64,000 nt of DNA from Octopus vulgaris (GCA_951406725.2 OX597826.1:25296001-25360000); one strand, 5' to 3'. Counted from the first letter of the stretch, positions 10,285-23,112 are shown. Numbers and translations are program-made. The notes: a model not told the origin generated them from the sequence alone.

Positions 10285-13200
10285 GAACACTGGGGACATT
10301 TAACATGTGAGAGCGAAAAAACAGTGCTCCGAAATCTATCCACAAACATCGGAAACAAAGACATCGCATGGAGCTAAAAAATAACTGACAAAGGATTGGA
10401 CTATATCCGAGTAAGTAATACTCATTGAAATTTATTGCTATTTTCCAAACGAAATGATGCATTTTAACTCAATATCATCTCCACCGCTAACACAGCACAT
10501 GTAAACATGCTTGATACATTACGATCCCTCAACACCAGATCATCTCCAGCTCCAAACAGCATGTACAAAAAAACTACGAATAAATTAAATAATACCAGTA
10601 TTATTCAACCCAAGAATAAGTACGTACTGTAAACTTACAACATAAAATGTACAAAAAACTACACGTGCAAAACAATGTGACTAACAGAAATGAACGGACC
10701 GGTACCCTATGAAAATGACAACCGTCAAAATAATGGGCCGGACGTTGTTCCTCATGTCCCGCAAATAAAACCAAAAAGGCATAAATGGACACGTGAGGAA
10801 TACATTTCAATCCTACATGCATGCCTACTTTACAGCAGTGCTCTACCCAAAGAGCGAAAACACAACAACATATATGTATAAAATATGGAAGCAAAATAAC
10901 ATAAATAAAGACCTGGATGCAGCAATGAATCCTAATAAACTAGCTAATGTGCGAAGATATATTTTCAACGCAAAAAAAATATCAGGAATAGAAAAAGAAC
11001 ATTTAAAAGAAAAAATACATCAGGAAAATGAAGATAGAAGCCACACAACAATGCCAAACAATATAAACACTGAAACAGTAAAACACGAAGACAAACGTAA
11101 CATTTCCAACAAAAACGATGTAAAGAAAAAACAACAAACCCAGACCGTAAGGATACATAATAATACACGACAAACAGCAAGCCAAAACACGACAAACAAA
11201 CATACAAATGAGAAAGAAAGTGACACAAATCTAAAACCTGGAAACAACGAAGGGGAGCCTAATGATTATGATACTATAAAAAGTAGAATAATCAAAGAAC
11301 TGAAAACCACAGAGCTCAAAATGGAACACCGACCATACCTCCCAAAAATCAAAATAGACAAAACAACAACATCAATTATAAACAGCATAAACCTAGCCGT
11401 CGCAGAACTAATAGCCACTGAAACAAAAAGCGATATCACTAAGCTAAATGACTTAGTATATGCAGCAGCCACAAAAGAAGCTGGATACTCACTCAAACCC
11501 ATCCAAACTGGAGTACCACCACCCAAACAAACCCTGTGAATAAATAACATCCAAAACAAAATACAAAAAATGAGAAAAGATCTGTCGATTCTTAATGAAA
11601 TCAGTAGACAATCAACGCTACTAAGCAACAAAAAGAAAACAAAAATACTCCGAAAATACAACTTCACAGAAAAAGATCTACCTGAGATAAAAGAAAAGCT
11701 AAAGCAAGATATCCTTGCCAAAGCACAAAGGATCCACCGGTATGAGAAACGCCAACGTTTCTTTGAACAAAACAAACAGTTCAACTCCAACCCCAAAAAG
11801 TTCTACCAAGAACTTGGCAAAAATAAAATAGAAATCACTGCAGCACCAACGGCAGAAGAAGTGGAAGAATTCTGGAGAGAAATATGGTCGGCGAACGAAC
11901 AACCAAAAAAAGGGAGTATTAAAACAACAAACTCAGCATCTGAGCAACTTTGGACCCCCATAACAAATGAAGAGGTCACCCAGGCACTGCAAAGACTAAG
12001 CAACTGGAAGGCACCTGGGCAAGACAAAATCCTCAACTTCTGGTTGAAATATCTAACAGGAATGCACAAAAAGCTGGCTGAAAACTTTAACAACATACTG
12101 GCAGAGCCAGAGACAATGCCTGAATGGCTCACGAAGGAGAAAACCATTTTAATTCCCAAATCAAATGAGACAGCAAAACCAGAAAACTACAGACCTATAA
12201 CCTGTCTCCCTACAATGTACAAAGCATTTACTGCAGTAATATCACAAAGATTAAACAAGCACCTGGACGAAAACAACCTGTTTCCAGAAGAGCAGAAAGG
12301 ATGCCGCAAAGGCTCATATGGCTGTAAAGATCAACTAATGATCAATAAAGCCATAACTGAAGACAGCCACAGAAAGAAGAAAGGCCTCAGTATGGCCTGG
12401 ATCGACTACAAAAAGGCTTTTGATAGCATCCCCCACATGTGGATCCTCGAAACACTAGCCATTAACAAAGTTGCACCAACAATTATAAAATACATAGGAC
12501 ACTATGAATAAATGGCAGACAGTGCTACAGCTCCAAACAAAAGAGGGACTTGTGAAAACCAAGGCCATCCCCATTAGAAGAGGAATATTCCAGGGAGACA
12601 TGCTCTCTCCACTCCTTTTCTGCTTGGCACTGTCACCTCTATCGAATATGCTAAACATATGCGGATACAAATGTTACGGCAAAACGATCAGCCACCTCTT
12701 ATATATGGATGACCTAAAACTATACGCCACAAATGACGAACAGCTGGAAACACTACTAAAGACAGTTCATGGATTTACCAAATAAATAGATATGAAATTT
12801 GGATTGGAGAAATGCGCCAAAGTAACCCTAAAAAGAGGAAAACTAGTTAAGAGTAGCAACATCCCACTAGATAAAACCAATGAAATAAAAGAATTAGACC
12901 AAAGCCAAACTTACAAATACTTAGGAATCCATGAACTAGATAAGACACAACACACACAAATGAAAGAGAAAATAAAAAAGAATATTACAGACGAGTTAGA
13001 TCAATACTGAAAACAGAGATCAATGCTGAAAACAAGATAATAGGTATCAACACTTTAGCTGTCCCAGTTATAAGTTACAGCTACAATATCCTTAACTGGA
13101 CACTAAATGAACTGACCAAAATAGATAGGAAAACAAGAAAAATAATGACAAGATCTAGGATGCATCACCCAAAATCTGACATAGAAAGGCTATATATACA

Positions 13201-14332
13201 ATGTAGAGAAGGTGGTAGAGGCCTTATACAGCTGGAAAACTATTATAAAATAACCACCATAGGACTGCAAACATATCTACTTCAGAAGGAAGGAAAACTG
13301 ATACAAATAGCGGCAAAACACGAGCAAAACAAAAAACTGTTCTCAGTATTTAAGGAAGCTGACAAATACAAACAAGAAATCATAGCACCTAACAAATATG
13401 AAGAAGATGAAGAAACAACAAAAGCTATAAAACAAATGAAATCCAAACTAAAAATAGAACAGCAACGAACCATGATAAAACGATGGCAAGAAAAGCCCCT
13501 TCATGGCAAATACTGGACTAAACCAAATGCAAAAGAAATAGACAAAGAAAAATCCCAGCAATTGTTGAGAAGCTCAGGACTCAAAGCAGAGACAGAAGGA
13601 TTTTTAATTGCAGCACAAGACCAAAGCCTCCCCACCAGAAATTACCAAAAACATGTAATGAAAAGAAATATAACAAGTAACTGCAGAATATGTGGCGATG
13701 GACAAGAAACAATAAATCATATTATCTCTGGCTGCCCAGTCCTGGCTAAGAAGGAATATATTCACAGACACGACAGAGTTGGGACCTATATGCACTGGAA
13801 GCTATGCCAACATTATGAAATAACAACAGAAAAAAGATGGTATAGGCACACACCAGAAAAGGTCACAGAAAACGAGAAAGCAACCATACTCTGGGATATG
13901 CCGATACACACAGATAGAGAAATTAAGGCCAACAGACCAGATATAGTTGTCAGAGATCATGAAGAAAAAAAAATGCTTTCTAATTGATGTATCAATACTA
14001 GCAGATGACAACGTGTCTCTAAAAGAAATGGAGACCTGGAAATAGAGGTAACCAGAATGTGGAATCTAAAAACAGAAACAATTCCTATCATAATAGGTGC
14101 ATAAGGCATGATAAAAAAAATATTCAGACAAATACATAACAAAAACACCAGGACTTACAAACACATATAACATACAGAAAATTGCACTACTAGGCACTGC
14201 ACACATTCTACGCAGAACACTTTCCATACAGTAACCATCAGAGCATCACAACAAATCACAGCACATACCCAAGGCACACAGAGCTGCACTCGGTAGTGAA
14301 GTGAAAGCAGGCTATAAAAAAAAACACTACTG
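10285..14332 (+). mobile_element. R4/Dong-clade non-LTR retrotransposon, near full length, inactivated
   Basis: It has one ancestral ORF with RT and a C-terminal CCHC plus restriction-like endonuclease, and no APE domain. It is flanked on both sides by (AAT)n, the known Dong target. The 3' UTR is shared with the copy at 25971-26395. Confidence 0.92.
10690..14234 (+). pseudogene. Disrupted ORF of the Dong-like LINE (N-terminal domain, RT, CCHC, REL endonuclease)
   Basis: Motifs: KWTREEY; WKAPGQD; YRPITCLPTMYK; QKGC..G..GCKDQL; WIDYKKAFDSIPH; RGIFQGDMLSPLLF; LYMDDLKLY; FGLEKC; YKYLGI; GGRGL; CRICGDGQETINHIISGC; RHD; RPDIVV..LIDVSI. Disablements: frameshifts ~10820, ~12500, ~12975, ~13965; stops 11537, 12783, 14102; 19-bp deletion ~14034. 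Confidence 0.9.
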
Positions 14333-14361
14333 AATAATAATAACAACAACAACAACAACAA

Positions 14362-14550
14362 TTCCTTCTACTACAGGCTCAATACCTGAGATTTGTGGAG
14401 GAGAAACAAATCAATTACATCGACTCCCCCCCCCCACACACACACCCAGTGTTTAACTGGTATTTTTTTTTTATTGACCTCCAAAGAGATGTGAGGCAAT
14501 GTTGATCTCAAGGCATTTGAATTTATAACATAAATTCAGAAGAAATGCAA
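14362..14550 (-). mobile_element. SINE family C, degenerate
   Basis: Similar to the reverse complement of 38575-38766 and 61089-61302. Confidence 0.65.
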
Positions 14551-14763
14551 CTGAGTGAGACTGAGATAGATAGGTGGTAGTCCTAAGCAACATGCCATTG
14601 CTGCTGCTGCCGCCGCCATTGCCCTGTTGAATGTCCTTCTACCATAGTCTATTTTGTAATAAATTTTCTTGGCCTATCCTCAAATCAGAGAGTCTTGGTC
14701 CAAGAGTCACAATATATTTTCTTCCTCGTGGCTGTCAGTCTCAGAAAAAAGGAAAAAAACCCT

Positions 14764-15129
14764 GGATCTTTTTGGTTTGAATGGCAGTTTTTAACATTTT
14801 AGATTTAGAGTTAGTTAGGGTTAGGGTTACGGGTGGGGGAAGGGTATCTTTTTTTCTTCACAAATGTAAATAAACCCAATCTGTTTCTTAAACGAGGGAC
14901 ATATTCATACGGCACAGAATGTTTTCACCTCAATAGATGGTCATTGATTGGTTGAAATTGTCGAAATGCAAGAAATTAAAGACCAGATATGTTACAAACT
15001 ATAGAATTTTCTCAATAAAGCCTAGAGAAAAAGATGTTTTATAAACACATTCTACCAGTATACAAAGTTTAAAATTTTTTAGTTACCTAGAAATTATGTT
15101 AAAAACTGCCGTTCAAACCAAAAAGATCC
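14764..15129. mobile_element. MULE-like MITE with 34-bp TIRs and internal TTAGGG repeats
   Basis: TIR GGATCTTTTTGGTTTGAAYGGCAGTTTTTAACAT has 1 mismatch between ends. Flanks AAAAACCCT / AAAAAACCT form a 9-bp TSD with 1 mismatch. TTAGGGTTAGGG occurs at ~14815. Confidence 0.8.
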
Positions 15130-17201
15130 AAAAAACCTATAAAAATGTCATGGTAAGTGCTGACCTTCCCTTTCTGACCATGTAGAAGATAAAATAAAAC
15201 TAAAACATTATAACTTGGTTTTTTGTTTATTGCCCTCCATGAATGAGGAGGAGGAGGAAGAGGAGGGAGGGAGGCATGAAAGCAAAGAAAAGACAGTTGA
15301 AGAGAGAGACAGAAAGAAAGAGTTACATGACATACACCCCCACATCCATGTTAATATGAAATATGATGACTGTGGTGGTGATAGCTATGATGATGATGTT
15401 GATAATGGTAAGACTGATGATGAGAATAACGAGGGTGGTAGTGATGATGATGATGATGACGACTACGACAGTGATGATGATGGCGGTGATGATGATGGCG
15501 GTGATGATGATGCCAGTGATGATGATGATGATGATGGTCCTCAGTCAGAAAATATTCAGAAGCTGAATAGTGAAAATAAATGATTAAAACAAATACGTTT
15601 TAAGTGGCTCTATGCAACCACATTACCAACAATGAACAAATAAATTTGTGTGTGTGTGTGTATATATTATACACACACACAGAATATGAGAAAGATTCCG
15701 TAACAGATAATTCATACTTATACATACACACACATTCAAACATATACATTAATATACAACTTACACCAACACACATATACATCAGAGACCACACACACAC
15801 ACAGCCTCGCGTCGTTTCTTATCCTCCAAGTAAGTTTTTATATATATATATAAATACATACATAAACATACACATGTGCATACACTCAAAAATAAGCTTG
15901 GTAATAGACTGTAACTAATCACCGCGACCACCACCACCACTGCTCCTTTTGCTACTGCTAATACTACTACTACTAATACTACTACTACTGTTGCTGCTGC
16001 TGATACATTATAATCACCTTCAAACATCAATACCAACCATCATCATCATCATTATCACCATCACTAGAGCTTTTTACTTAAAAGTATTAAGATAACCACC
16101 ATCACCACTACTACTATTACTACTATTACTGGCTAGCAATAGATTGATAAAGAATGCATATTTTTCACTGTATCTCAATATTTCTATTTATATATCACTA
16201 CTTATCTATAACTCGTCATCATCATCATCATCACTCTCATCCTCACACCCTACCCTTTCTCCCCACCCCATCCATCCCACTTTCACTATAATAATTGTTT
16301 TCAGGATAGTTAACTTAGTATTAATAAGTACAAAAGGGAGAGTTAGTAACGGAGAGAGGTGATAGGGATGTTATCTCCGTAGACAAAACGAATGAATAAA
16401 ATGGCTGGCTGTAATGTTGACTGGCTGGCTGTAATGTTGACTGGCTGGCTTGTTGCTGTGCAGGAAGTGAAATGAAGTGAGATGGAGTAAGGTCAAGTGG
16501 AGTTGAGCTGGGGTATTGAGTGAGACTCAAACAATGAGAAGGAAAATGTAGGGGGATCATAGCAGTAGTCACAGTATTGTAGTCATGCTCCAACCAGCCT
16601 TCCTGAGTCATGTAGATTCATGGGGCTGGATTTCCAGTTGCTGTGAAGCATATATTTCCCCCCGGGATGTGATGCCAGTCTGTTGTAGGATTACTCATTT
16701 TTGCCATGAAATGTTTTGTTAAAGAACACAGTGTATTGCCTGGTCCAGAAATTGAAACCACAATCCTACTATCATGAGTTCGATACCTTAACCACTAAGC
16801 CACACACACACTGCCACAACCCCAGTAAAGATAACCTAGGCAGAGGTAAAGAATATGCACACCATCCATTTTTGGTGTAACCCTAACCCTAACTGCCGAA
16901 AACAGGTGGTGTGTGTATTCTTTACCTTTGCCGATAATCTATGTTTGTTTGTTTTTTGTGCATTTAGGGGGAATGAGCCCCCTTCGTACATAAATACAAC
17001 ATACATATAAAAAAAACACTGGGTCTTTAGATTAGTGAGAACCCTAGACAACTGCACAGTGTACCCACACTTTAAGAGATCATTATCATTTGTTTTAACA
17101 TCCTCTTTTCCATGCTTGCATGGGTCAGATGGAATTTGTTGAGGCAGGGTTTTCTATCGCTGGATGCCCTTCCTGTCACCAACCCTCTCCTCTTTCTATA
17201 T

Positions 17202-17504
17202 GTTGTTGTTTGTTCCTTCTCAAGCCACGCCTGGCTCATAAGGGCCGGTTTCCTTAGCGTATAGGTTCCCTACCTGGACGGGACGCCGGTCCGTCGTAGG
17301 TGAGCTGCAACGGACCAGCAGGAGGAAAGAGTGAGAGAAAGATTTGGCGAAAGAGTCAGCATAAGTTCGCCATTGCCGTCTGTCGGAACCGCGTGGAGCT
17401 TAGGTGTTTTGCTCATAAACGCACACATCGGCCAGTCTGAGATTCAAACCTGCGATCCCTTGCCTGCAAGTCCGCTGCTCTAACCACTAGGCCATGTGCC
17501 TCCA
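17202..17504 (-). mobile_element. tRNA-derived SINE, family B, full length with (CAA)n tail
   Basis: The minus-strand head is GTGGAGGCACATGGCCTAGTGGTTAGAGC...GGTTTGAATCTC. An approximate TSD CTCCT(G)TTTCTATA flanks it. Confidence 0.8.
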
Positions 17505-18077
17505 CTCCTGTTTCTATAAACAGGTAATATTTTCCCTTAGCTGGATATGATTTCACAGAAGACTGGAAATGAACAGCCTTGCTTGTATGATGGTAATGTG
17601 CATCATCTACCACCACCACACAATGTTAAGACAACAGATAAGAGAACACACACACACACATACATACACACACGTGCACACACACGCACACGCACAAACA
17701 ATTATAGCCCTGGACTGACCATTGTGAGTGAATTTGGTAGACAAAAACTATAGCAGAAGACACACCTGCAAGGTAATCTGCAGAGGAATTGAACCTGTAA
17801 CCATGTGGTTAGGTAGCAAAGTAGCATATTTCTTAAGCATGCAGCCAAACCTGTGCCTACTGCATTTAAAAAAAATAAAGGAAGTACATATTTGAATATG
17901 TAATCCTGTGTCTGGGAAACGAAATAAAGAAAAAAGTAAGATAATAAAAAGATGGGTTGTTCACAGCTGGAATATCTTTGATGGTGGGTCAGCCCAGTCA
18001 AGGTTGAGGGTAGAATATGAATAACAACTGTGGTGGATCTTGTAGAAGAAGTAAGAAATATGAAGAAAGAAAGAATA

Positions 18078-18445
18078 ATTGTAATGATGTTGGCGATGAT
18101 GGTGGGGATGATGATGATAATAATGATGATAGTGATGATGATGATGGCAAATATGAAGAAAGAATAATTGTAATGATGCTGCCGATGATGGTGGAGATGA
18201 TGATGATGATGATTATGATGACAATAATAATGGTCATTATGATGACAGCAATGAAGGAGATGATAATGATGACAAGGATAATGTTGATGATGACGACCAA
18301 GATGATGATGATGATGGTGATGATTGTGATGTTGACAATGACAATTATGACGATGACAACAATGATTATGATGATGACAATCATGACAATAATGATGACA
18401 GCAATGACAACGATGATGATGATGATGGTGACACTGATGGTGATT
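18078..18445. repeat. (GAT)n degenerate microsatellite
   Basis: Directly visible; source of the poly-His/Ile/Met ORFs. Confidence 0.9.
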
Positions 18446-18654
18446 CTTGAGTGTACTTGAGCTACTTAATTTATTGACCCTGAAAGGCAAAATTGATCCC
18501 GGCAGCATTTGAACTCAGAATGTGAAGTTGGAAAAAATGCTGCTAAGCATTTTGTCTGGTATGGTAACATTTTTGTGTAGGTGCCTGTCTGATTTGGCAT
18601 GGTTCTGATGTCTGGATGCCCTTGCTAATGCCAACTACTTTACAGAGTGCGCTC

Positions 18655-18997
18655 GATGCTTTTTTGTGGCACTGCCCAGGTGTTTTTATGTGAGACCACA
18701 TGGGCACTTTTATGTGATGCTGTATGGGCTCTAATGTATGACACTACATGGATGCTTTTATGTGACACTGCACAGGTGCTTTGACATGATGCCATATAAG
18801 CACTTTTACATGGCACTGCACAGGTACTTTTATGTGACACTGCATGGGTGCTTTTATGCGATACCGCATGGATGCTTTTATGCAACACTGCATGGGCGCT
18901 TTTATGCAACACCACATGGGCGCTTTTACATGGCACCGCACAGGCACTTTTAAGTGGCACTGCGTAGACACTTTTATGTGGTTCTGCATGGGTGCTT
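18655..18997. repeat. 24-bp minisatellite, 14 copies, derived from an RTE 3' UTR motif
   Basis: The unit ~GGTGCTTTTATGTGACACTGCAYR follows an RTE tail stub (CTGGATGCCCTTGCTAATGCCAAC). It matches GGTGCGTTTTACGTGCCACCCGCACA at ~40954. Confidence 0.88.
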
Positions 18998-20757
18998 CTC
19001 TGAAGAATTTTAAGTTGAATAAATCAACCCCAGTAATGTTTTTTTTTTAATTTAAGCCTGGTACTTATTCTATCAGTCTCTTTTGCTGAACTGCTAAGTT
19101 ATGGGGAATTAAAGCAATGCATGTGTGTGGCAGAATGAGATAACAGCCATGATATATTGGTTTAGATTGAGAGATATAGACAGAGCTTAACCCAAAGTAA
19201 GCTTGGGAGAGCCAGGAAACAAGCAGAGTGATCAGTGAATAAACCAGCAGAAAGCAAATGGAAAGAAATGCTGTTTCCTTAAAAAAGAAATCATGACTTT
19301 GGCACAGAGGTCCATGCTTGCCAACTTATGCCTTACATGGAATGGTACAAAGGAGAAAGAGAGAAAGAAAGAAAGAGGGGGCAAAGATAAAGGAGAGAGA
19401 GAGAGAGAGAGAGAACTAGTTTACATACTTGTGAACAAAAAGAAAAAGAAACCAGCATGGTCACAGCTGGAATATGTTTGATCTCTTGGTGGATCAGTGA
19501 TGATTTGGTATTAAACAACAATAACAGAATCCCTAATACTACCACCACCACCACCACCTATTCCCTCTTTCTCTCTCTCATTCCATGAAAACTAGACAAT
19601 AGAAAGAATGAGTAGATATATAAATTTTGATTCTGCACAGCAATTTGAAATGAAAAAGAAAATAAGAAAACAAAGAAAGAAAAGGACATATTACAGCTGG
19701 AATGCCTTTCATCATAGGTCTCTTCAATCGGGGCTGACCTGGGGCTAAACAACAACAGATGATCTGGGGAAAAAAACAAGATTAAGTACACATGATTATG
19801 CATATGTGTGTGCGTGCACATGTGAGATGTAAAGCTTTACATGAAAGTTAAAGTAATTCAGAAAACTACTGGCCACTCATGTCATCAATAAATGTTTAAG
19901 CAGGGGAGATAACTGTGCTATTATAAATTTACTAGAGTAATACTGCTGTAGTTGTTAAAGATGATAGGGTTTTATTGGAGTGTGCGTATGGAATTAAGAT
20001 ACCATCAGAGGCATATTAGCTTAGATAGAGAGGGAGAGCTATGTTGATGGTAGAGTTAAGAGTGATTAAATAATAGAGAAAGAGGGGAGGAATGTAACTG
20101 TCAATAGATAGATCTATGATCAGTAAGTAAAGCAAGCTCTATCTTTATATGTTCTACTTATCTGTCTTAAAGTATCAGCTTCTAAAACACGATACTGGAA
20201 CAAGGATTGTCAAGTCCACTTAATCACCATATTCATTTAGTACATGCATGCATGTATGTATATATTTATGCATACATACACATAAAAGTATATACATGTG
20301 TGTGTGCGTGTAGCATTCTTATTGCATGACAAAAACAACAAACAAAACAAATACCACAGACTTTTACATAGAGAGAAAATGCAAAGGGAAAGCATATTGG
20401 AGACGGAACATGGACTGGTTGTGGAAGCTGTCCACAGTGATTATAGATCAAAGAAAACTTTGAAAGAGCAGCAACAATAATAATAGTAGTGGTAGTGGTG
20501 ATATTACCGTTGTTATTATTATTATTATTAGTAGTAGTAGTAGTAATTGCTTTCATTGATTAGCACTCATTGAGCCTTGTTTGAAAAGCACAAGTTGAAG
20601 TCAAAAGCATTGCGGCTGTAACCTTTCCGCCTTTCTTTGGACATCTATGATAATATACAAAGTGTCCCATACTTTTTGAAGATGGAATGACGTCTTTTTC
20701 CATAATCTCAGGTTAACTTTGTGAGTGAGATTTGGTTGAGAAAAACTATGTGAAAGC

Positions 20758-20790
<33 letters not shown>

Positions 20791-20995
20791 TGCATGTGTG
20801 TATGTATGTATATATACATACATGTATATATTAATTATATTTCAGGATGGCAAATTTTTTTTTGCTAAATAAAAACATGCATTATATATTGATTCTTCAC
20901 TCGTTTATCCGGAAATCTACCATCACACATGTGTGACCTCTTCAGCGACACTTTCCATCCTCCTATACGCTTCTTCTCTGTTTAGTCCATTCTGT

Positions 20996-21030
<35 letters not shown>

Positions 21031-21033
<3 letters not shown>

Positions 21034-21406
21034 TCATCATCATCATCATCATTTAACGTCCATTGTCCATGCTGAGATGAGTTGGAAAATGGTTTAACTG
21101 GACTGGCATGCTAGAAGGCTGTGCCAGGATCTAGTCTGATTTGGCATGGTTTTCTATGGATGTATGCCCTTCCTAATGCCAACCATTCCGAGAAGGTAAT
21201 GGATGCTTTTATGTGCCACCAGCATGTGTGTCATTTGCATGATAATGATATCTGCCATGACTGCGATTTTGCTTGGCTTGATGGGTCTTCTCAAGCATGA
21301 CATAATGCCAAAGGTCTTGGTCATTGCCTCCGTGAGGCCCAATGCTTGAAAGTTATTCAGTAACTTTGCCTTCATCAGGCCCAATGCTCGAAAGGAACTC
21401 AGCCAC
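21031..21406 (-). mobile_element. 5'-truncated RTE 3' end with (GAT)n tail, flanked by (TA)n on both sides
   Basis: CATCATCATTTAACGTCC tail and LGLTEAMT coding remnant are homologous to 40788-41400. Confidence 0.8.
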
Positions 21407-21431
21407 TATATATATATATATATATATATAT

Positions 21432-21762
21432 ATGGCTCAGTGGTTAGAGCATCGAGCTTATGATCGGGAGGTTATCAGTTCGATTCCCGGACCAGGCTGC
21501 AAATTGTGTTCTTGAGCAAGACACTTTATTTCATGTTGCGCCAGTTCACTCAGCTGTAGAAATGAGTTGTGACATCACTGGTGCCAAACTGTATCAGCCT
21601 TTGCCTTTTCCTTGGATAACATTGATGGCGTAGCATGGAGAGGGGGGGCTGGTATGCATGGCCGACTGCTGGTCTTCCCAAACAACCTTGCTCGGACTTG
21701 TGCCTCGGAGGGTAACTTTTTAGGTGCAATCCCATGGTCATTCATGACCAAAGGGGGTCTCC
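21432..21762 (+). mobile_element. tRNA-derived SINE, family B2
   Basis: A-box TGGCTCAGTGG, B-box GTTCGATTCC, body TTGAGCAAGACACTTTATTTCA. Other copies lie at 24184-24480(+), 55150-55473(-), 59022-59255(-), 7285-7445(-) and 1-62(-). Confidence 0.82.
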
Positions 21763-21961
21763 CTCCTCCTCCTCCTACACATATATATATTGGTTTCAAA
21801 TTATGGTACAAGGCTAGTAATTTGGAGGGAAGGGAGTAAGTTGATTACACTGAAAGGAAAAGTTGATCCCAGTAGCATTTGAACTCAGAATGTGAAGTTG
21901 GAAGAATGCCACTAAGCATTTTGTCTGGCATGGTAACATTTCAAGTAGCTGCCTTCATATA

Positions 21962-22194
21962 CAGGGGTTGCACAAAATAATTGAAACACCTTAAAATTTC
22001 AAACAAATTTATTTTAATAAGGGGTAGGGCCGCCTTTAGCAGTAATTACAACTTGAATTCTATGAGGTATGGACTTGAGTTTGAATTGTTTCCAAAGGAA
22101 TTTTTGTCCATTCTTCAGCTAAAACAGTCTCCAGTTCTTGTAGTGATGATGGTGGACGATTTTAAGGTGTTTCCATTATTTTGTCCAACCCCTG
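21962..22194. mobile_element. Tc1-like MITE
   Basis: 36-bp TIR CAGGGGTTGSACAAAATAATKGAAACACCTTAAAAT (2 mismatches), with TA on both sides. Confidence 0.9.
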
Positions 22195-22296
22195 TACATA
22201 TATGTGTAAGCTTGTCTTGACATCGGGTAATACTGGGTGCCACAAACTTGCAGGGATACACACACACATTTATTATACTTTTATTAAAAAAGTGTT

Positions 22297-22342
22297 GACA
22301 ATGACTCCTAAGTTTCAGCTTGCTAGCCTTCATCGAACTGTC
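22297..22342 (-). ncRNA. Degenerate type I hammerhead ribozyme motif (Penelope-type), one arm of an inverted pair
   Basis: The minus strand reads GACAGT-TCGATGAA-GGCT-AGCA-AGCT-GAAA-CTTAGGA-GTC-ATTGTC. All three stems pair, but the core CUGAUGA reads UCGAUGA. A more decayed inverted copy lies at 22342-22381 (+). Confidence 0.6.
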
Positions 22343-22496
22343 TGATGAAGGCCAGCAGAGTGGAACTTCGAAATCACTGTCACCACACTTTTATAGTAAA
22401 TATGTATCTACAATAGTATTGAACAACCAACCTTTTAGTTTAATGTAAATTAGCTTTTATTATAATTCAACCAAAAACAAACAATACACACACACA

Positions 22497-22536
<40 letters not shown>

Positions 22537-22587
22537 AAACAGCTTCCAGCTAATATAAACATAAACACAAACATATATAGTCATTCA

Positions 22588-22619
<32 letters not shown>

Positions 22620-23073
22620 GAGAGAGAGATTGATCGATAGATAAATAGATATAGATATGTGTGTGAAGTTACATTTTTTATCCTACACTCCAGATCTTTC
22701 CATATTTCTCTTTCTCTCTCCCTCTCTCTCTCTCAGCATCTGTCTTTCTCCCTCCTTCCTCCTCTGAACTGTTCCTCTACCTACCATATTGATCCAGTGT
22801 TAAGTCAAAACTAATTTAGCAGACTCCAATCCAATCTTCATAGCAAGCCATTAAGGCTTTCCCTTCAACCATTTACACACACACACACACACATGTAGAT
22901 ATTCCTTTGTAGAAGAGAATCTTTCCATTTAAATGCATCAATCCAACCAGCATTTATCAATCCACCTATTTGTCTGTATCTTATTGATCTACCTGATGAG
23001 ATGCTAATGTGTGTGTCTATACACACACATACTTATGTCATTCATATCACAGATGTGTCTGCCTGTTAATAAG

Positions 23074-23112
<39 letters not shown>

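Noticed and set aside
10285-10690. HDV-like ribozyme at the Dong 5' end
   Set aside because: No nested double pseudoknot was recognisable by eye; it would need a motif search.
15215-15583. Acidic poly-E/poly-D ORF
   Set aside because: It is built from (GAG)n and (GAT)n microsatellites, has a non-ATG start and no recognisable domain.
17420-17504. tRNA gene candidates (also ~1630-1700, 21432-21500, 56828-56901)
   Set aside because: A/B boxes are present but there is no proper acceptor stem, and each continues into a shared SINE body.
17702-18508. 268-aa His-rich ORF
   Set aside because: It is a (CAT)n microsatellite plus SINE fragments.
18640-19050. Octapeptide-repeat ORFs and a CRISPR-like look
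   Set aside because: This is a 24-bp tandem unit without unique spacers, derived from the RTE UTR. It is open in many frames because the unit largely lacks stops.
20905-20950. Minus-strand CTGAAGAG followed by the palindrome TCACACATGTGTGA
   Set aside because: No GAAA follows the stem, so the core is incomplete.
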